In this document: positions 39,146 through 54,587 of the stretch, in pieces | Position numbering within the stretch: position 1 is the first letter of the stretch | Layout: the number at the start of each line of letters is the position of its first letter | NCBI GenBank assembly: GCA_964016885.1 | Contig: OZ024764.1 | Span: forward strand, 19,220,001 to 19,284,000 | Length of the DNA stretch: 64,000 nt | Direction: 5' to 3' | Origin: Eledone cirrhosa | Lineage: Eukaryota | Notes under the pieces: generated by a model | Seen by the model: only the letters and a program-made list of their open reading frames with translations | Databases searched by the model: none | Told to the model about the DNA's origin: nothing | Made by a program: the position numbers and the translations under genes

Positions 39146-41172
39146 AAAATATTTTTACCGAATTAAATTATGTAAAGTTTGTAATAAAAAGTGAAGTTGA
39201 AAACAGTAAATGTAATTAAAATAGAGAAAGTAAGGTGTTGGTGGTGAGGAATGGACGGTAGACGTTTTACCTCAGTCTAGGTAGTGTATTTTACCTGTGT
39301 CACTCGGACAATAGCCAGCGATGACCACTACACCAACCACTCTCTCCTTCAGATGGTGTCCACTTTCGTGAGTCTGTAGAATAACAGGGCAGTTGGAAGA
39401 CAGAGGACAGCAGAGGAGGTCTTGACTTGAAAAGAGTATCACTTGATACCTCTATATAACTTGTTGGTAGAAATAGTAGGGTGCTGGATCAATCGAGTAC
39501 CCTGACATAGATCCCCGGGTATGTCGGTAAGATAGGGTCATATGGGGGCTAAACCGCCAGAACAGCTAAGTACGCTGACAGAGATCACCGGGTACTTCGG
39601 TAAGATCGGGTCATGTGGAGGCTAAACCGCCAGAACAGCTAAGTACCCTCACAAGAGTCATCGGGTACTACGGTAAAGCCAGCCGCCAACAGTGATAACA
39701 ACTTTGTTGTCAGCAGCCCAGCTTCTCAAATATCACAGACTGGAATAAATACTTTGCCGATAATTACTGGTAGTTTAGCTTTTATTTCGTTCGTCTACAG
39801 AAGCAGTGACCCTCACTTGTACTACAGCATGTAGGATGTGGGAGGGAGACAAAAACATCACTAACTGGGGTCTCACAAATGTGACAGTTAGTTTTGAAAA
39901 TATATATACAACATACAAGATAAATGACTAGACTGAAATATATTTGATAGGGAATAAAGAGTAGAATATTCTAGTCTGTGGTGTTGGAGAAGTTTGGAGG
40001 AGATAGGTCCCTGACAACGATGTTCTTGTTATCGTTGGCAGCTCTTCTTACCGAGGTGTCAGATGATACATATGAGGGTGTTTGGTAGTTCCAACATCTT
40101 AGCCTTGCTATCACTCGAGGTAAGACTGTCTCAGAAAGTATTAGAGGGAGACTCCGGCACCCCATGTGATGTGAGACTGATTGACAGAGTGTTGACTTAA
40201 TATTTTCATTTGTTGTGATTCTATGTGAAATATGTCTCTATGTAAGTAACTTGGTTACGTGAATCATTGTGAATCTCGTAAATACTTAAACAGAAATCTA
40301 CTTAGGACACAAAATAAAGCAGATTCCATTGTACAAAGTATCTAAAGGACGTATATCAAAAAGAAGGGGGCGATGTAACGAGAGTTGTCTCCCCTAAGAT
40401 ATGTTTTATGTTTTACAGAAGTAGGGGTTGAGATGTGTTTGTCTGTCTCTCTCTCGGTATAAACTACCATTTGCACTGCCTCTGTTTTTTGTTCCTATCT
40501 AATATTTAACTATATATATATATCCATCCCTCCAAAAATGATCAATTTAATTCTCTTTAACTCACTACATTCCACGACATGAAGTCTGCTATCAAAACTG
40601 ACCAAAGAATCCTGCCACCTCTACCCCTCCCTCCATCTCAGTTTGTCACTCTACTTCCTACCTCTTCCTCCTTCCTCTCTCTCTATACTATTCCGTCTGT
40701 CCCCTCACCTTCTGATTCCTCTCTCTCTATACTAGTAAATACAATTCCAAATAAATGTTTTTCTCTATATATTAAGAATTATTTCAAGAGTAACTTACTA
40801 TTTTGAAAATTTGGACTGTGAACAACAATTATAATTGAGTGGCTGCTATTTGCAGGATAGAAATATAAGGTTGCACTTACCAATGAAACGGTCGTAAATA
40901 CCTGGATAAAATCCTTCTCTTAATGCTTACCTGTGTTTTCTCTTTTATACTATATATACATATATACATATATATAATGGAATACTGTTGGCTTTTTGCT
41001 ACAATAATTTCTATATTCTTCATTTATATATGTTATATATTTATATATGTTGTTCCTTCTACCTGGAGTTGCGACCGATAGTACTAGCAATTGGAAAGAC
41101 CAATGGAAACATTGCTTCCTCGGTCCGATTTGACGAAAGTCGATCGTTCCTTCATATATATATATACACACA

Positions 41173-43058
41173 CTGTGGTACCTTGACTTAAGAATATAAT
41201 TTGTTCCGTGGAGGACCTCGTAACTTACATTACTCGTATGTCACATCAATTTTCCCCACTGAAATAAATTAAAATGCCATTAATCCGTTCCAGACCCCCA
41301 AAAACCACAATTTGTTTTGTTACGTGTTTTTAAATAAGAAAAATGTACTTATAAATAACAAATATTGTATATGAAAAACAATACAATAGAATGTACTACA
41401 ATAAACTGGTTTTATTAAGTATAATGTACAGCATCTATCTTGGAGATCAGACGACTTGAGGATGTTGACGGAGGAGAAAGGATGAACTGAATAACTGAAT
41501 CTTATTCGCTGATTTTTGCCCCTTTTCGCCACGCTTTCCTCACTTTTATCTGCAGGGATTTTCGATAAAAACCTGTCTAATGAGGTTTGTTTCATCTCAC
41601 CTATTTCCTGCAAAAACTCCGTGTGTTGCTGTGTCTGTAGCTCCTTTAATTCCTTCGTTGTCATCTCCTCGGAGTGCTCCTCGATGAGCTCGTTGATGTC
41701 ACCTTCATCCATGTCCAGGCCCATGGAGTTACCGAGGGGTACAATCTCCTCCACCACTGCCGCTTCGGGTTCCAGTCTTTCAAAGTCTGTTTCAGACACA
41801 ACTTCAGGCCACAGCTTCTTCCATGTAGAGGTCAAGGTCCTCTTTGTAAGACCCTGCCATGTCATATCGATAATTCTGAGGCATATCACGATGTTATAAT
41901 GGTCCTTCCAGACCTCTCAAGGGTGAAGTTTGTGCTCTCCGTCACTTCAAAGCAGCGACTGAACAGGTGCTTGGTGAAGAGCTTCTTGAAATTAGAAAGT
42001 ACCTGCTGGTCCTTGGGCTGTAGGATAGGGGTGGTGTTTGGTGGAAGGTAGAGGACCTTTATAAACTTGAACTCTTCGAGGTTAGGTGGGTGAGCAGGTG
42101 TATTGTCCAGAACAAGAAGGGTTTACAGGGGTAGGTTATTTTCATGGGGATATTTTTTAATGTCAGGACCAAATTCACCCAATCCACAACGAACTGCCTG
42201 GTGACCCATGCCCTCGGGTTAGCCCTCCACATAACCTGCAGTTTTTCTTTCAGAATCTTATGTGACTTAAAGTTTTCCGAATGATAAACGAGTGGCAACT
42301 TAATCTTACAGTCAACGTTCACAGTGGCACAGTGCGAGGGTTAGCCTATCCTTCATGGGTTTGTGGCCAGGCATCCTCTTCTCCTCTGCCGTTATATAAG
42401 TCCTCCTTGGCATCTTCTTCCAAAAAAGTCCTGTTTCATCACAGTTAAAGACTTGCTGAGGGATGTATCCTTTGGCTGCTATAATTCAGGCAAAGGTTTT
42501 GAGGTAATCCTCAGCTGCCTTCATATCCGCGCTCGCTGCCTCACCATGCCTGACAACGGAGTGAATGCCGGTCCTCTTTTTAAAATTCTCAAACCAACCC
42601 TGACTGGCATTAAAGGGCTTGCCAATGGCTCGTCCATAGAAGTACTTGGGGTCTGCTGCAGCAAATCAGCATAAATAGTTCGTGCCTTCTCACATATTAT
42701 AATCTTCATCACGGTATCTCTTGCAAGCTGCTTCTCCATATTTTCATGGATAGAGGTCCGCTGTTTAGAAATTATTTTACCACCCTTAGCTGGGGTTATA
42801 GCCTTTATCAAGTCCACTACACACACACCTTGGACATGTTTTTCTATAATTTCTTTCTTTAATTCAATACATATCATCTGCTTCTTCTTCTCAGCACTGT
42901 CCTTCGCCCTCACTTTCTTCGAACCCATGGGATGCTGGACAGGTGTTATGGTATTCCCTGTAGCGGTCGCTATGCCAACTAGAACTGGAACTCAACGCAA
43001 AAAATCAGCCGAGGGATGGCTCGTATCTCGAAAAACTCTTTACTTGGGACACTCGTAT
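41173..43058 (-). mobile_element. Tigger/pogo-type DNA transposon, copy 2
   Basis: Near-identical to 20581-22470. Confidence 0.88.
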
Positions 43059-43200
43059 ATATATATACTGTATATATATATGTGTGTGTTTGTATGTGTG
43101 TTTATATGTATATTATAAAATTATAATATAGAAAACAGCGATCTTCTGATTACTGAAGCTGGTGCATTAGATATTTCACTGCCAACACTGTAAAGAGGTT

Positions 43201-44163
43201 GTGTAGGTGTCATGACAAAAAGTACCCAGTCCACACTGTAAAGTGGTCATGTAGGTGTCACAACAAAAAGTACCCAGTCCACACTGTAAAGTGGTCATCT
43301 AGATGTCACAACAAAAAGTACCCAGTCAACACTGTAAAGTGGTCTGTAGGTGTCACAACAAAAAGTACCCAGTACACACTGTACAGTGGTCATGTAGGTG
43401 TCACAACAAAAAGCACCCAGACCACACTGTAAAGTGGTCATGTATGGTTATATTATAAATGTATGTATATGTGTGTGTATGTATGTATGTGTCACGACAA
43501 AAAGTACCCAGTCCACACGGTAAAATGGTCATGTAGGTGTCACGACAAAAAGTACCCAGACCACACTATAAAGTGGTCATGCAGGTGTTACGACAAAAAG
43601 TGCCCAGTCCACACTGTAAAGTGGTCATGTAGGTGTCACAACAAAAAGCACCCAGACCACACTGTAAAGTGGTCATGTAGGTGTCACAACAAAAAGCACC
43701 CAGTCCACACTGTAAAGTGGTCATGTAGGTGTCGCGACAAAAAGCACCCAGTACTCAATGTAAAGTGGTCATCATGGTGAGATGGTAAAAAGCACCCAGC
43801 CTACACTGTAAAGTGGTGGTGCTGGTGAGATGTTAAAAAGCACCCAGTCCACACTGTAAAGTAGTGGTGCTGGTGAGATGTTAAAAAGCACCCAGTCCAC
43901 ACTGTAAAGTGGTCATGTAGGTGTCACAACAAAAAGTACCCAGTCCACACTGTAAAGTGGTCATATAGGTGTCACGACAAAAAGCACCCAGTACTTAATG
44001 TAAATAAGGTTGGTTCTAGGAAGGTCATCCAGCTGTAGAAACCAAACCAAAATTGGTTCTGTAGGAGCAAGACGAGATCACCTGACCTGGCATTGCTTAC
44101 AACAGGATAACTCGTCTAACCCATGCCAGCGTGGAAAAAATGATGTAAAACAGTGATGATGAT
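43201..44163 (+). repeat. 48-bp minisatellite plus RTE tail, copy 2
   Basis: Same unit with different copy numbers on each side of the (TA/TG) interruption. Confidence 0.88.
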
Positions 44164-45064
44164 ATAACATTTGTTTAATAATGAATTCCAATCTCATTGT
44201 TAACAGCTATAGATGTCAGGATGTCAAACTTTTTACTGAAATATCTTCTCCATGTTAGTGGCTGAAGAAGATTTAGAAAACTTTCACACAATAACTGTAT
44301 TCCCTAACTTCTCCCCTAAAAAATACAAGACAAGCAGGGCCAGACTTTTACCTACTGAAGCCCTAAGTTATATGAAGTTAGAGGTTATTTTCTAAAAATA
44401 TATAATTATCTTTTATATTAATGTTAATGATAAAGAATAAATAATATAATAAATATACCACCATAGGTGCTGAGGTGGCTAGCTGCTGGTGTGAACCTCA
44501 CAAGATGGAATGGCTCTTCCAGCACATCTAGAACATGACCCTCTAATATCTAGTATTTAGTAACAAACTAGACCACCCGGGACCTGTTGGGTCACGTTCC
44601 CTTAAAACTATTTTTTAAAAGTCATTTTAAAATAGTTTTTAAATAGTTAAAATATACACATACATATATATATCTATACACATACGTTTATATATATATA
44701 TATACACACACATATTTTATTAACCAACACCACCAGCTCCCTCTCTCTCACAACCACTATCTCTTTCTCTCCCTATATTTATCAAGGTACCCAGAAAACC
44801 CCGTATCTTGGGAACCTGTGCTCCATTTTATACAAAACTTGTTTTATTCTTTTCAAAGTATTTCCCCATTATGCACTGTTTTAGCTGTATTAAATTACGG
44901 ACAAGACACAATCACAGAGTTTTAGTAGTATATAGATAATATAGCTTCAAATTAAAGTTAGTAAACGACATTTTGGAGAAATCTGTAACATTTATTAAAC
45001 ATTCTTCAAGTTTGTCAATTCTATAGCACAATAGTTTGTTAGTTAAAGTGTTTAGTTAGATGTT

Positions 45065-45432
45065 CTACATATAAAGAAGAGAGAATACTTTACCACAAAT
45101 ATTACAGTGGTATAATGATTTTCCCATCTCTTCTGGAAAATATTCCTATGTTGATGTAAATATTTCTATTGTTCATAATTTTATCAAATGTGATCTTTGT
45201 CAATATCCAAATATTTTGAAAACTCCTTTGTAAATATCCAAAGTTCAATCAGAATGTAAAATCATCTTGTAAATATTCCAGACAGTGAAAAAGGAAAATG
45301 TTGTTATTTATCTCAATTCAGAAGAAATATTTCACCATAATTCACCACAGACAAAACAAGTTTATATCACTTGTATGTAACATCTTTCTGTTGTCTTTAA
45401 AAGACTCTTTTCTGTCAAGGTCATGTGATATT
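45065..45432 (-). pseudogene. Relic half-finger ZNF exon, copy 3
   Basis: Near-identical to 107-468; mini-ORF 45127-45065. Confidence 0.75.
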
Positions 45433-45999
45433 CTGAAATAGTAGAGAAACATTATTAAGATATTTAGAAAGTAGAGATACAACAGTGAAAGCTTTACTAC
45501 ATCTCTATATTAATAGATATAAACCTTACATGGTGACACAAACACTGCAACACTAACTTACAGGAAAACATCTAGTTACTTGATCTAGTTACTTCAATCA
45601 GGTGAAGAGATAAACTAGATTGACTTCATTCTCATCAGAAAACAGGATAGACAGATGGTTGGGAATATTAACTCCTTTACTGGAGAAGGACGTACCACTC
45701 AACATAGACTAGATACTAGGTGTAAGATCTAGAGGGACTGACAGATACAAGACTATCTGGAGATAGAAGGGTTGGAGAGTAAAAGATCTCCCTGTTAAAT
45801 ATAAGATCTACAGGGACTGTGAGAGGTACAAGACAACCTAGAGAAAAGGGTAGGGAAAGTAAAACATCTCCCTGTTTAATATAAAATCTACAGGGACTGT
45901 GAGAGAGGCTCAAGACAACCTAGAGAAAAGGGTAGAGATAGTAAAATATCACCCTGTTAAATATAAGATCTAGAGGGACTGTGAGAGAGGTACAAGACA

Positions 46000-47162
46000 T
46001 CATCATCATCATCATCATCATCGTTTAACGTCCATGTTCCATGCTTGCATGGGTTTGGACGGGAGTTTTCTCACTTGAGGCAAGAGTGGTTGTCTTGCTC
46101 GCATAGGACTGTCTGGCGGGTTTTCTACAGTTGGATGCCCTTCCTAACACCAACCACATTTACAGTGTGGGGCTGGGAGGTTTTTACCGTGTTGCCTACA
46201 CGGCCACATTACAGCGTGGACTGTCTGGCTGGTTTTCTACAGCTGGATGCTCTTCCTAACACCAACCACATTTACAGTGTGGGACTGGGAGGTTTTTACC
46301 GTGTTGCCTACACGGTCATATTACAGCGTGGACTGTGTTTTTTTTTGTCGTGAGACCTACACGATCTCATTCGTTTCGGCCTGGATTTTGTGGCACCAAC
46401 ATAACTTTACATTGAAAGGGGCGGTGTGGATGGGGTGGGGGTGGTGTATTTTGTTAGAGATGCCTACTGACTGTAGTAGGTTTTACTTTGTATTTAGGTA
46501 AGGTGGGTCTTCTCTATTACTGAGTACCGCCAAAGCTCTCGGTCCAGTGACATTGTCTTGGAGAGGTGTAAGTGTGTGATGTCGGAATTTATCAGCTCGT
46601 CCCAGGTTTTTCTGGGTCTGCCTACTCCGTGGCTACCGTCTATCTTTATTGCCCTGCACTTTGCTATACAGCTGTCGTCTTTCATGCGCATCACGTGACC
46701 ATACCAACGTAGCCTTCTCTCGAGTAAACAACATCTGATCCCTCTTATTTCTAATTTTTTCCTTAGTTCGTTTATGCTTTGCCGTTCGCGTATATTACTA
46801 TTACACATCCAGCGGAGCATGCAAGCTTCGTTCCTCTCTAGTCTGCGTATATCCTCTGCACACAATGCCCAGGTCTCACTGCCATGCAACATTGCTGTTC
46901 GTATGCAGGCATCATACAACCTGCCTTTCATTTTTAGGGAGAACACTTTAGCGGCTAATAGTGGTATAAGCTCTCTGAACTTTTTCCATCCAGTTCTGAC
47001 TCTAGCTACTGTACTTTCGGAGCACCCTCCCCCACTGCTGATTTTGACACCCAGGTAACGGAAGCTGTCCACTATTTCTATAGAACCCTCTGCGCAGTTG
47101 AAAGAGCTAGTATTTTCTGGGCACTTGCTGCTACTTATTGCACCAGAGCACCGGCCACATGT
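46000..47162 (-). mobile_element. Same RTE insertion, copy 3
   Basis: ORF 46494-47072; same TSD. Confidence 0.9.
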
Positions 47163-48481
47163 AAGACAACCTAAATAAAGGGTAGGGATAGTAAAAGATC
47201 TCCCTGTTAAATATAAAATCTAGAAGGACTGTGAGAGAGGTACAAGACAACCTAGAGAAAAGGGTAGGGATAGTAAAATACCTGTTAAATATAAGATCTA
47301 GAGGGACTGTGAGAGAGGTACAAGACAATCTAACAAAAGGGGTAAGGACAGTAAAAGATCTCCCTGTTAAATATAAGATCTAGAGGGACTGTGAGAGAGG
47401 TACAAGACAATCTAACAGAAGGGTAGGGACAGTAAAAGATCTCCCTGTTAAATATAAATTCAGAGATGTTCTACATGATACATATGATAAGGAGGAGGAG
47501 ATTGATAGCTATCACATAGAAGATATCTGAAAGTTTCTTTCAGACAGCCTGTTGTGAACCACTGATGAGATCTGTAGCTGATGTAAGCTGCCAGCCAGAT
47601 GAATGTTGCCTTGGTGATGGAATAGTACAGTAGATAGAAGCCGACCTTACCCAATTACACCTCTCAAAGGCAATGACACACGACAGTGACCTCTGGCGTC
47701 ACGCAGTAATACAGAGTACCCGACCTCCCATGGGTACAAGCTGAAGCATATAGACAATATGCCCCCACCGCAAAAAAGCACCCAGCCCACACTCTAAAGT
47801 GGACGTGTAGGCGCCACGAAAAAGCACCCAGCACTCACTGTAAATGAGGTTGGTGTTAGGAAGGACATCCAGCTGTAGAAATCAAGCCAAATCAGTTCCT
47901 GTATGAGCAAGGCATGGTCAGCCAACCAGACACTGCCCACAACAGGACAATCCGTCTAACCAATGCTAGCGTGGAAGAACGGACGTAAAACGGTGATGAT
48001 GATGATGATGATAGAAGTTGAAATCTAAAACACCTGAAGAGACAGGAGGAGAACAACAATATCAAATAGTTAAAATGGAAGCTAGATATTAGGCTTACAA
48101 ATTATTGATTTCTGTTGTTATTGTTAAAATCTGTTTAATCTGTGATATTTGAGACAATGTACAGGACAATAGAATTAATATCAATGTCTGACTAGCAACA
48201 ACAAAAGTTTTCATTTTATTGGCAGGTTTAAATTACAGAAGTTCCCAAACCTTTACTAAAAATACAAATATATATCTTACCTGTTAAAGTATAATAAATC
48301 AAAGTTTAATGTGAAAAACTTCAATTTACACAAAATCTTCAAACACTACTTCAAAAATGGAAACCTGGTGTTGATGATCCCTGTCATAGGTAAAACCTAC
48401 AAGGTTAACCCCAGTTTTAGCAAGGATGATGGATCTACACATTTGTTGTAGTATGATGTAATGTGTTTGATATTGATACAG

Positions 48482-49849
48482 CTAAACTTCTGTATGAATA
48501 CGCACATGCTTGGTTAAGTTACCACTTTGAGAGAATGATGTACCACAGATGTCACAGTGATATGGCTTCTCTCCTGTACGAGTACGTTTGTAGGTAGCTA
48601 AGCTACTTCTGTCAGCGAATGATTTACCACAGATGTCACAATGATATGGCTTCTCCCCTGTATGAGTACGTTTGTTGCTAGTTAAGCCACTTCTGTCAGT
48701 GAATGATTTACCACAGATGTCACAGTGATATGGCTTCTCTCCTGTATGAGTACGTTTGTGGGTAGCTAAGCTACTTCTGTCAGCGAATGATTTACCACAG
48801 ATGTTACAATGATATGGCTTCTTCCCTGTATGAATACATTTGTGAGTAGTTAGGCCACTACTCTGAGAGAAGGATTTATCACAGATGTCACAGTGATATA
48901 GGTTCTCTCCTGTATGAATACGTTTGTGAGTAGTTAAGGTACTATTGTGACTGAATGATTTACCACAGATATCACAGTGATATGGCTTCTCTCCCATATG
49001 AATACGTTTGTGAGTAGTTAGGTGACTACTATGAGAGAATGATTTACCACAGATATCACACTGATATGGCTTCTCTCCTGTATGAATACGTTGGTGTGTA
49101 ACAAAGCTACTTCTGTCAGAGAATGTTTTACCACAGATATCACAGTGATATGGTTTCTCTCCTGTATGAATATGTTTGTGGCTAGTTAAGGTACTACTGC
49201 GACTGAATGATTTACCACAGATGTCACATTGATATGTCTTCTCTCCAGTATGAATATATTTGTGAGTAGTTAGGCCACTACTCTGAGAGAAGGATTTATC
49301 ACAGATGTCACAGTGGTATGGCTTCTCTCCTGTATGAATACGTTTGTGAGTAGTTAAGGTACTACTTTGGCTGAATGATTTACCACAGATGTCACAGTGA
49401 TATGGGCTCTCCCCTGTATGAATATGTTTGTGAGTAGTTAGGTGATTATTAATAGAGAATGTTTTACCACAGATATCACAGTGATATGGTTTCTCTCCTG
49501 TATGAATATGTTTGTGACAAGTTAAGCTACTACTTTCGCTGAATGATTTACCACAGATATCACAGTGATATGGCTTCTCTCCTGTGTGAATACGTTTGTG
49601 ATTAGTTAAGCTATCTCTGCAAGAGAATGATTTACCACAGATGTCACAGTGATGTGGCTTCTCTCCTGTATGAATTTGTTTGTGAACTCTGACTCTACTA
49701 CTGTGAGTGAATGATTTGTTACAGATATCACACTTATAAGGCTTCTCTCCTGTATGAATACGTTTGTGAGTAGTTAGGTGATTACTACGAGAGAATGATT
49801 TACCACAGATATCACAGTGGAATGGTAATTTTACTATATTTTTCGACAC
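48482..49849 (-). pseudogene. C2H2 zinc finger gene, 16 fingers; start codon ATG>GTG and two fingers with lost His ligands (candidate decaying paralog)
   Basis: Plus strand reads cac at 49847-49849 where paralogs have cat; in-frame TGA seven codons upstream; fingers 14/15 read LTSNKRTH and LATYKRTR. Frame otherwise open, so pseudogene status is uncertain. Confidence 0.6.
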
Positions 49850-50819
49850 ATCTCCTACTAAAAGATATCAATCACCTCAGTTTCTCACATAATTCACAGT
49901 TTTAATATTTTTCTCCTGTCAATATATGAATATATGGATATTTTTCTTCTTTATGTTTATAATATTATTCCTAAAACATATTCCTCCAGATATATTTACA
50001 TCAACTTTGGTATTTCTTTATATTTAAAGATGATACAAACTGTTTTGTAGATCTCTTCAAGTTTAATATACATATAAAATCATCTTGTACATATTCCAGA
50101 CAGTGAAGAATCTAATTTTTCTGGTCTTCATTTGATTAGTTATTCCTGTAATAATGGAAATATTTCTACTCCTGTAGTTCCATCTACTATCAACTTTGTC
50201 AATATATGAAGATCTTACAAAATCATGTGTAAATTTCTTCAGCTTTATTTTGTATCTTCTACATATTCCAGACAGCAAAGAATAGAAGTGTTATTGAGTT
50301 TACAAGAAATATTTCCCAGTATTTCTCCCCTAGATTTATATAAACAAGGTTGTATCTGTTCTGTATAACAGCTTCCTTTAATCTTTAAATAATAGTGTTG
50401 ATGAAACAACTGATATAAAAGTGTTTTATCCTTTTCATATCAGTCTTTATATTTATCTAAAAACTTTCCATTGTAACTTCATGAAATTGTGCAAAGTTAT
50501 GTTCCAAATAGCAGCTTAATACTGAGAAATTTAGTTATATTACTAAATCACTTCAAAGTGTTGAGTGTTTTCAAAATTATTTGAAAATGATGGGTAGTGT
50601 CTTTCATTAGAAATGGTTAATGTTGAGGATATGTCTGATGTAACGTGCTCTTTAATGCCAATGTCCTCTGGTATTCTGAAATAATAAAAGAACATTATAA
50701 GATACTCAGAAACTTGTAATACATCAGTACAAATTTCATATAATATTTCTATATTGATAAATGGACTGTAATAAATACTAAGGCCTTCTTTGGTGAAGAA
50801 TGTGCTGACTAACATAGGT

Positions 50820-53800
50820 TAGTTATTAGTGGCAGTAGATTAAACTGACTGATAAAAGTAGTTATTAGTGACATTAGATTATACTGACTGATAAAAGTAG
50901 TTATTAGTGAGATTAGATTAAATTGACAGATAAAAGTAGTTATTAGTGACATTAGATTAAATTGAATGATAAAAGTAGTTATTAGTGACATTAGATTAAA
51001 CTGACTGATAAAAGTAGTTAGTAGTGACATTAGATTAAACTGACTGATAAAAGTAGTTATTAGTGACATTAGATTAAGCTGACTGATAAAAGTAGTTATT
51101 AGTGACATTAGATTAAACTGACAGATAAAAGTAGTTATTAGTGACATTAAATTAAACTGAATGATAAAAGTAGTTATTAGTGACATTAGATTAAACTGAC
51201 TGATAAAAGTAGTTATTAGTGACATTAGATTAAACTGACTGATAAAAGTAGTTATTAGTGACATTAGATTAAACTGACTGATAAAAGTAGTTATTAGTGA
51301 CATTAGATTAAACTGAATGATAAAAGTAGTTATTAGTGACATTAGATTAAACTGACTGATAAAAGTAGTTATTAGTGACATTAGATTAAACTGACAGATA
51401 AAAGTAGTTATTAGTGACAGTAGATTAAACTGACTGATAAAAGTAGTTATTAGTGACATTAGATTATACTGACTGATAAAAGTAGTTATTAGTGACATTA
51501 GATGAAACTGACTGATAAAAGTAGTTATTAGTGACATTAGATTAAACTGACTGATAAAAGTAGTTATTAGTGGCAGTAGATTAAACTGACTGATAAAAGT
51601 AGTTATTAGTGACATTAGATTAAACTGACTGATAAAAGTAGTTATTAGTGACATTAGATTAAACTGACTGATAAAAGTAGTTATTAGTGGCAGTAGATTA
51701 TACTGACTGACAAAAGTAGTTATTAGTGACATTAGATTAAACTGACTGATAAAAGTAGTTATTAGTGACATTAGATTAAACTGACTGATAAAAGTAGTTA
51801 TCAGTGGCAGTAGATTAAACTGACAGATAAAAGTAGTTATTAGTGACTTTAGATTAAACTGACTGATAAAAGTAGTTATTAGTGACATTAGATTATACTG
51901 ACTGATAAAAGTAGTTAATAGTGACTTTAGATTAAACTGACTGATAAAATTAGTTATTAGTGACATTAGATTAAACTGACTGATAAAAGTAGTGATTAGT
52001 GACATTAGATTATACTGAATGATAAAAGTAGTTATTAGTGACATTAGATTATACTGACTGATAAAAGTAGTTATTAGTGACATTAGATTATACTGACTGA
52101 TAAAAGTAGTTATTAGTGGCAGTAGATTATACTGACTGATAAAAGTAGTTATTAGTGACATTAGATTATACTGACTGATAAAATTAGTTATTAGTGACAT
52201 TAGATTATACTGACAGATAAAAGTAGTTATTAGTGACATTAGATTATACTGACTGATAAAAGTAGTTATTAGTGACATTAGATTATACTGACTGATAAAA
52301 GTAGTTATTAGTGAGATTAGATTAAATTGACTGATAAAAGTAGTTATTAGTGACATTAGATTAAATTGAATGATAAAAGTAGTTATTAGTGACATTAGAT
52401 TAAACTGACTGATAAAAGTAGTTAGTAGTGACATTAGATTAAACTGACTGATAAAAGTAGTTATTAGTGACATTAGATTAAGCTGACTGATAAAAGTAGT
52501 TATTAGTGACATTAGATTAAACTGAATGATAAAAGTAGTTATTAGTGACATTAGATTAAACTGACAGATAAAAGTAGTTATTAGTGACATTAGATTATAC
52601 TGACTGCTAAAAGTAGTTATTAGTGACATTAGATTATACTGACTGATAAAAGTAGTTATTAGTGACATTAGATTAAACTGACTGATAAAAGTAGTTATTA
52701 GTGACATTAGATTAAACTGACTGATAAAAGTAGTTATTAGTGGCAGTAGATTAAACTGACTGATAAAAGTAGTTATTAATGACATTAGATTAAACTGACT
52801 GATAAAAGTAGTTATTAGTGACATTAGATTAAACTGACTGATAAAAGTAGTTATTAGTGGCAGTAGATTATACTGACTGATAAAAGTAGTTATTAGTGAC
52901 ATTAGATTAAACTGACTGATAAAAGTAGTTATTAGTGACATTAGATTAAACTGACTGATAAAAGTAGTTATTAGTGGCAGTAGATTAAACTGACAGATAA
53001 AAGTAGTTATTAGTGACTTTAGATTAAACTGACTGATAAAATTAGTTATTAGTGACATTAGATTATACTGACTGATAAAAGTAGTTAATAGTGACTTTAG
53101 ATTAAACTGACTGATAAAATTAGTTATTAGTGACATTAGATTAAACTGACTGATAAAAGTAGTTATTAGTGACATTAGATTGTACTGAATGATAAAAGTA
53201 GTTATTAGTGACATTAGATTATACTGACTGATAAAAGTAGTTATTAGTGACATTAGATTATACTGACTGATAAAAGTAGTTATTAGTGACATTAGATTAT
53301 ACTGACTGATAAAAGTAGTTATTAGTGACATTAGATTATACTGACTGATAAAATTAGTTATTAGTGACATTAGATTATACTAACTGATAAAAGTAGTTAT
53401 TAGTGACATTAGATTAAACTGACTGATAAAAGTAGTTATTAGTGACATTAGATTAAACTGACTAATAAAAGTAGTTATTAGTGACATTAGATTATACTGA
53501 CTGATAAAAGTAGTTATTAGTGACTTTAGATTAAACTGACTGATAAAAGTAGTTAATAGTGACATTAGATTATACTGACTGATAAAAGTAGTTATTAGTG
53601 ACTTTAGATTAAACTGACTGATAAAAGTAGTTAGTAGTGGCATTATATTAAACTGACTGATAAAAGTAGTTATTAGTGACTTTAGATTATACTGACTGAT
53701 AAAAGTAGTTATTAGTGGCAGTAGATTATACTGACTGATAAAAGTAGTTATTAGTGACATTAGATTAAACTGACTGATAAAAGTAGTTATTAGTGACATT

Positions 53801-54587
53801 AGATTAAACTGACTGATAAAAGTAGTTATTAGTGACTTTAGATTAAACTGACTGATAAAAGTAGTTATTAGTGACTTTAGATTAAACTGACTGATAAAAG
53901 TAGTTATTAGTGACTTTAGATTAAACTGACTGATAAAAGTAGTTATTAGTGACTTTAGATTAAACTGACTGATAAAAGTAGTTATTAGTGACTTTAGATT
54001 ATACTGACTGATAAAAGTAGTTATTAGTGACATTAGATTAAACTGACTGATAAAAGTAGTTATTAGTGACATTAGATTAAACTGACTGATAAAAGTAGTT
54101 ATTAGTGACTTTAGATTAAACTGACTGATAAAAGTAGTTATTAGTGACATTAGATTAAACTGACTGATAAAAGTAGTTATTAGTGGCATTAGATTATACT
54201 GACTGATAAATGTAGTTATTAGTGACAGTAGATTAAACTGACTGATAAAAGTAGTTATTAGTGGCAGTAGATTATACTGACTGATATAAGTAGTTATTAG
54301 TGACTTTAGATTAAACTGACTGATAAAAGTAGTTATTAGTGACTTTAGATTAAACTGACTGATAAAAGTAGTTATTAGTGACATTAGATTAAACTGACTG
54401 ATAAAAGTAGCTATTAGTTACATTAGATTAAACTGACTGATAAAAGTAGTTATTAGTGGCAGTAGATTAAACTGACTGATAAAAGTAGTTATTAGTGACG
54501 TTAGATTAAACTGACTGATAAAAGTAGTTATTAGTGGCAGTAGATTATACTGACTGATAAAAGTAGTTATTAGTGATATCAGATTAA
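50820..54587. repeat. 39-bp minisatellite, ~97 units
   Basis: Same unit; array-specific variants ctgaatgat and aaaattagtt. Confidence 0.99.

Larger units (their letters stand above)
15088..50819. repeat. Segmental tandem duplication: 15088-29987 is repeated as 34692-50819, bounded by the three 39-bp arrays
   Basis: Same element order and high identity throughout, with copy-specific indels. Confidence 0.9.

Noticed and set aside
29977-54384. 1568-, 853- and 334-aa repeat ORFs (and the 3802-aa one) as annotated CDS
   Set aside because: Explained by a 39-bp unit lacking a stop in one frame; broken by stops in copy 3; kept only as a low-probability finding
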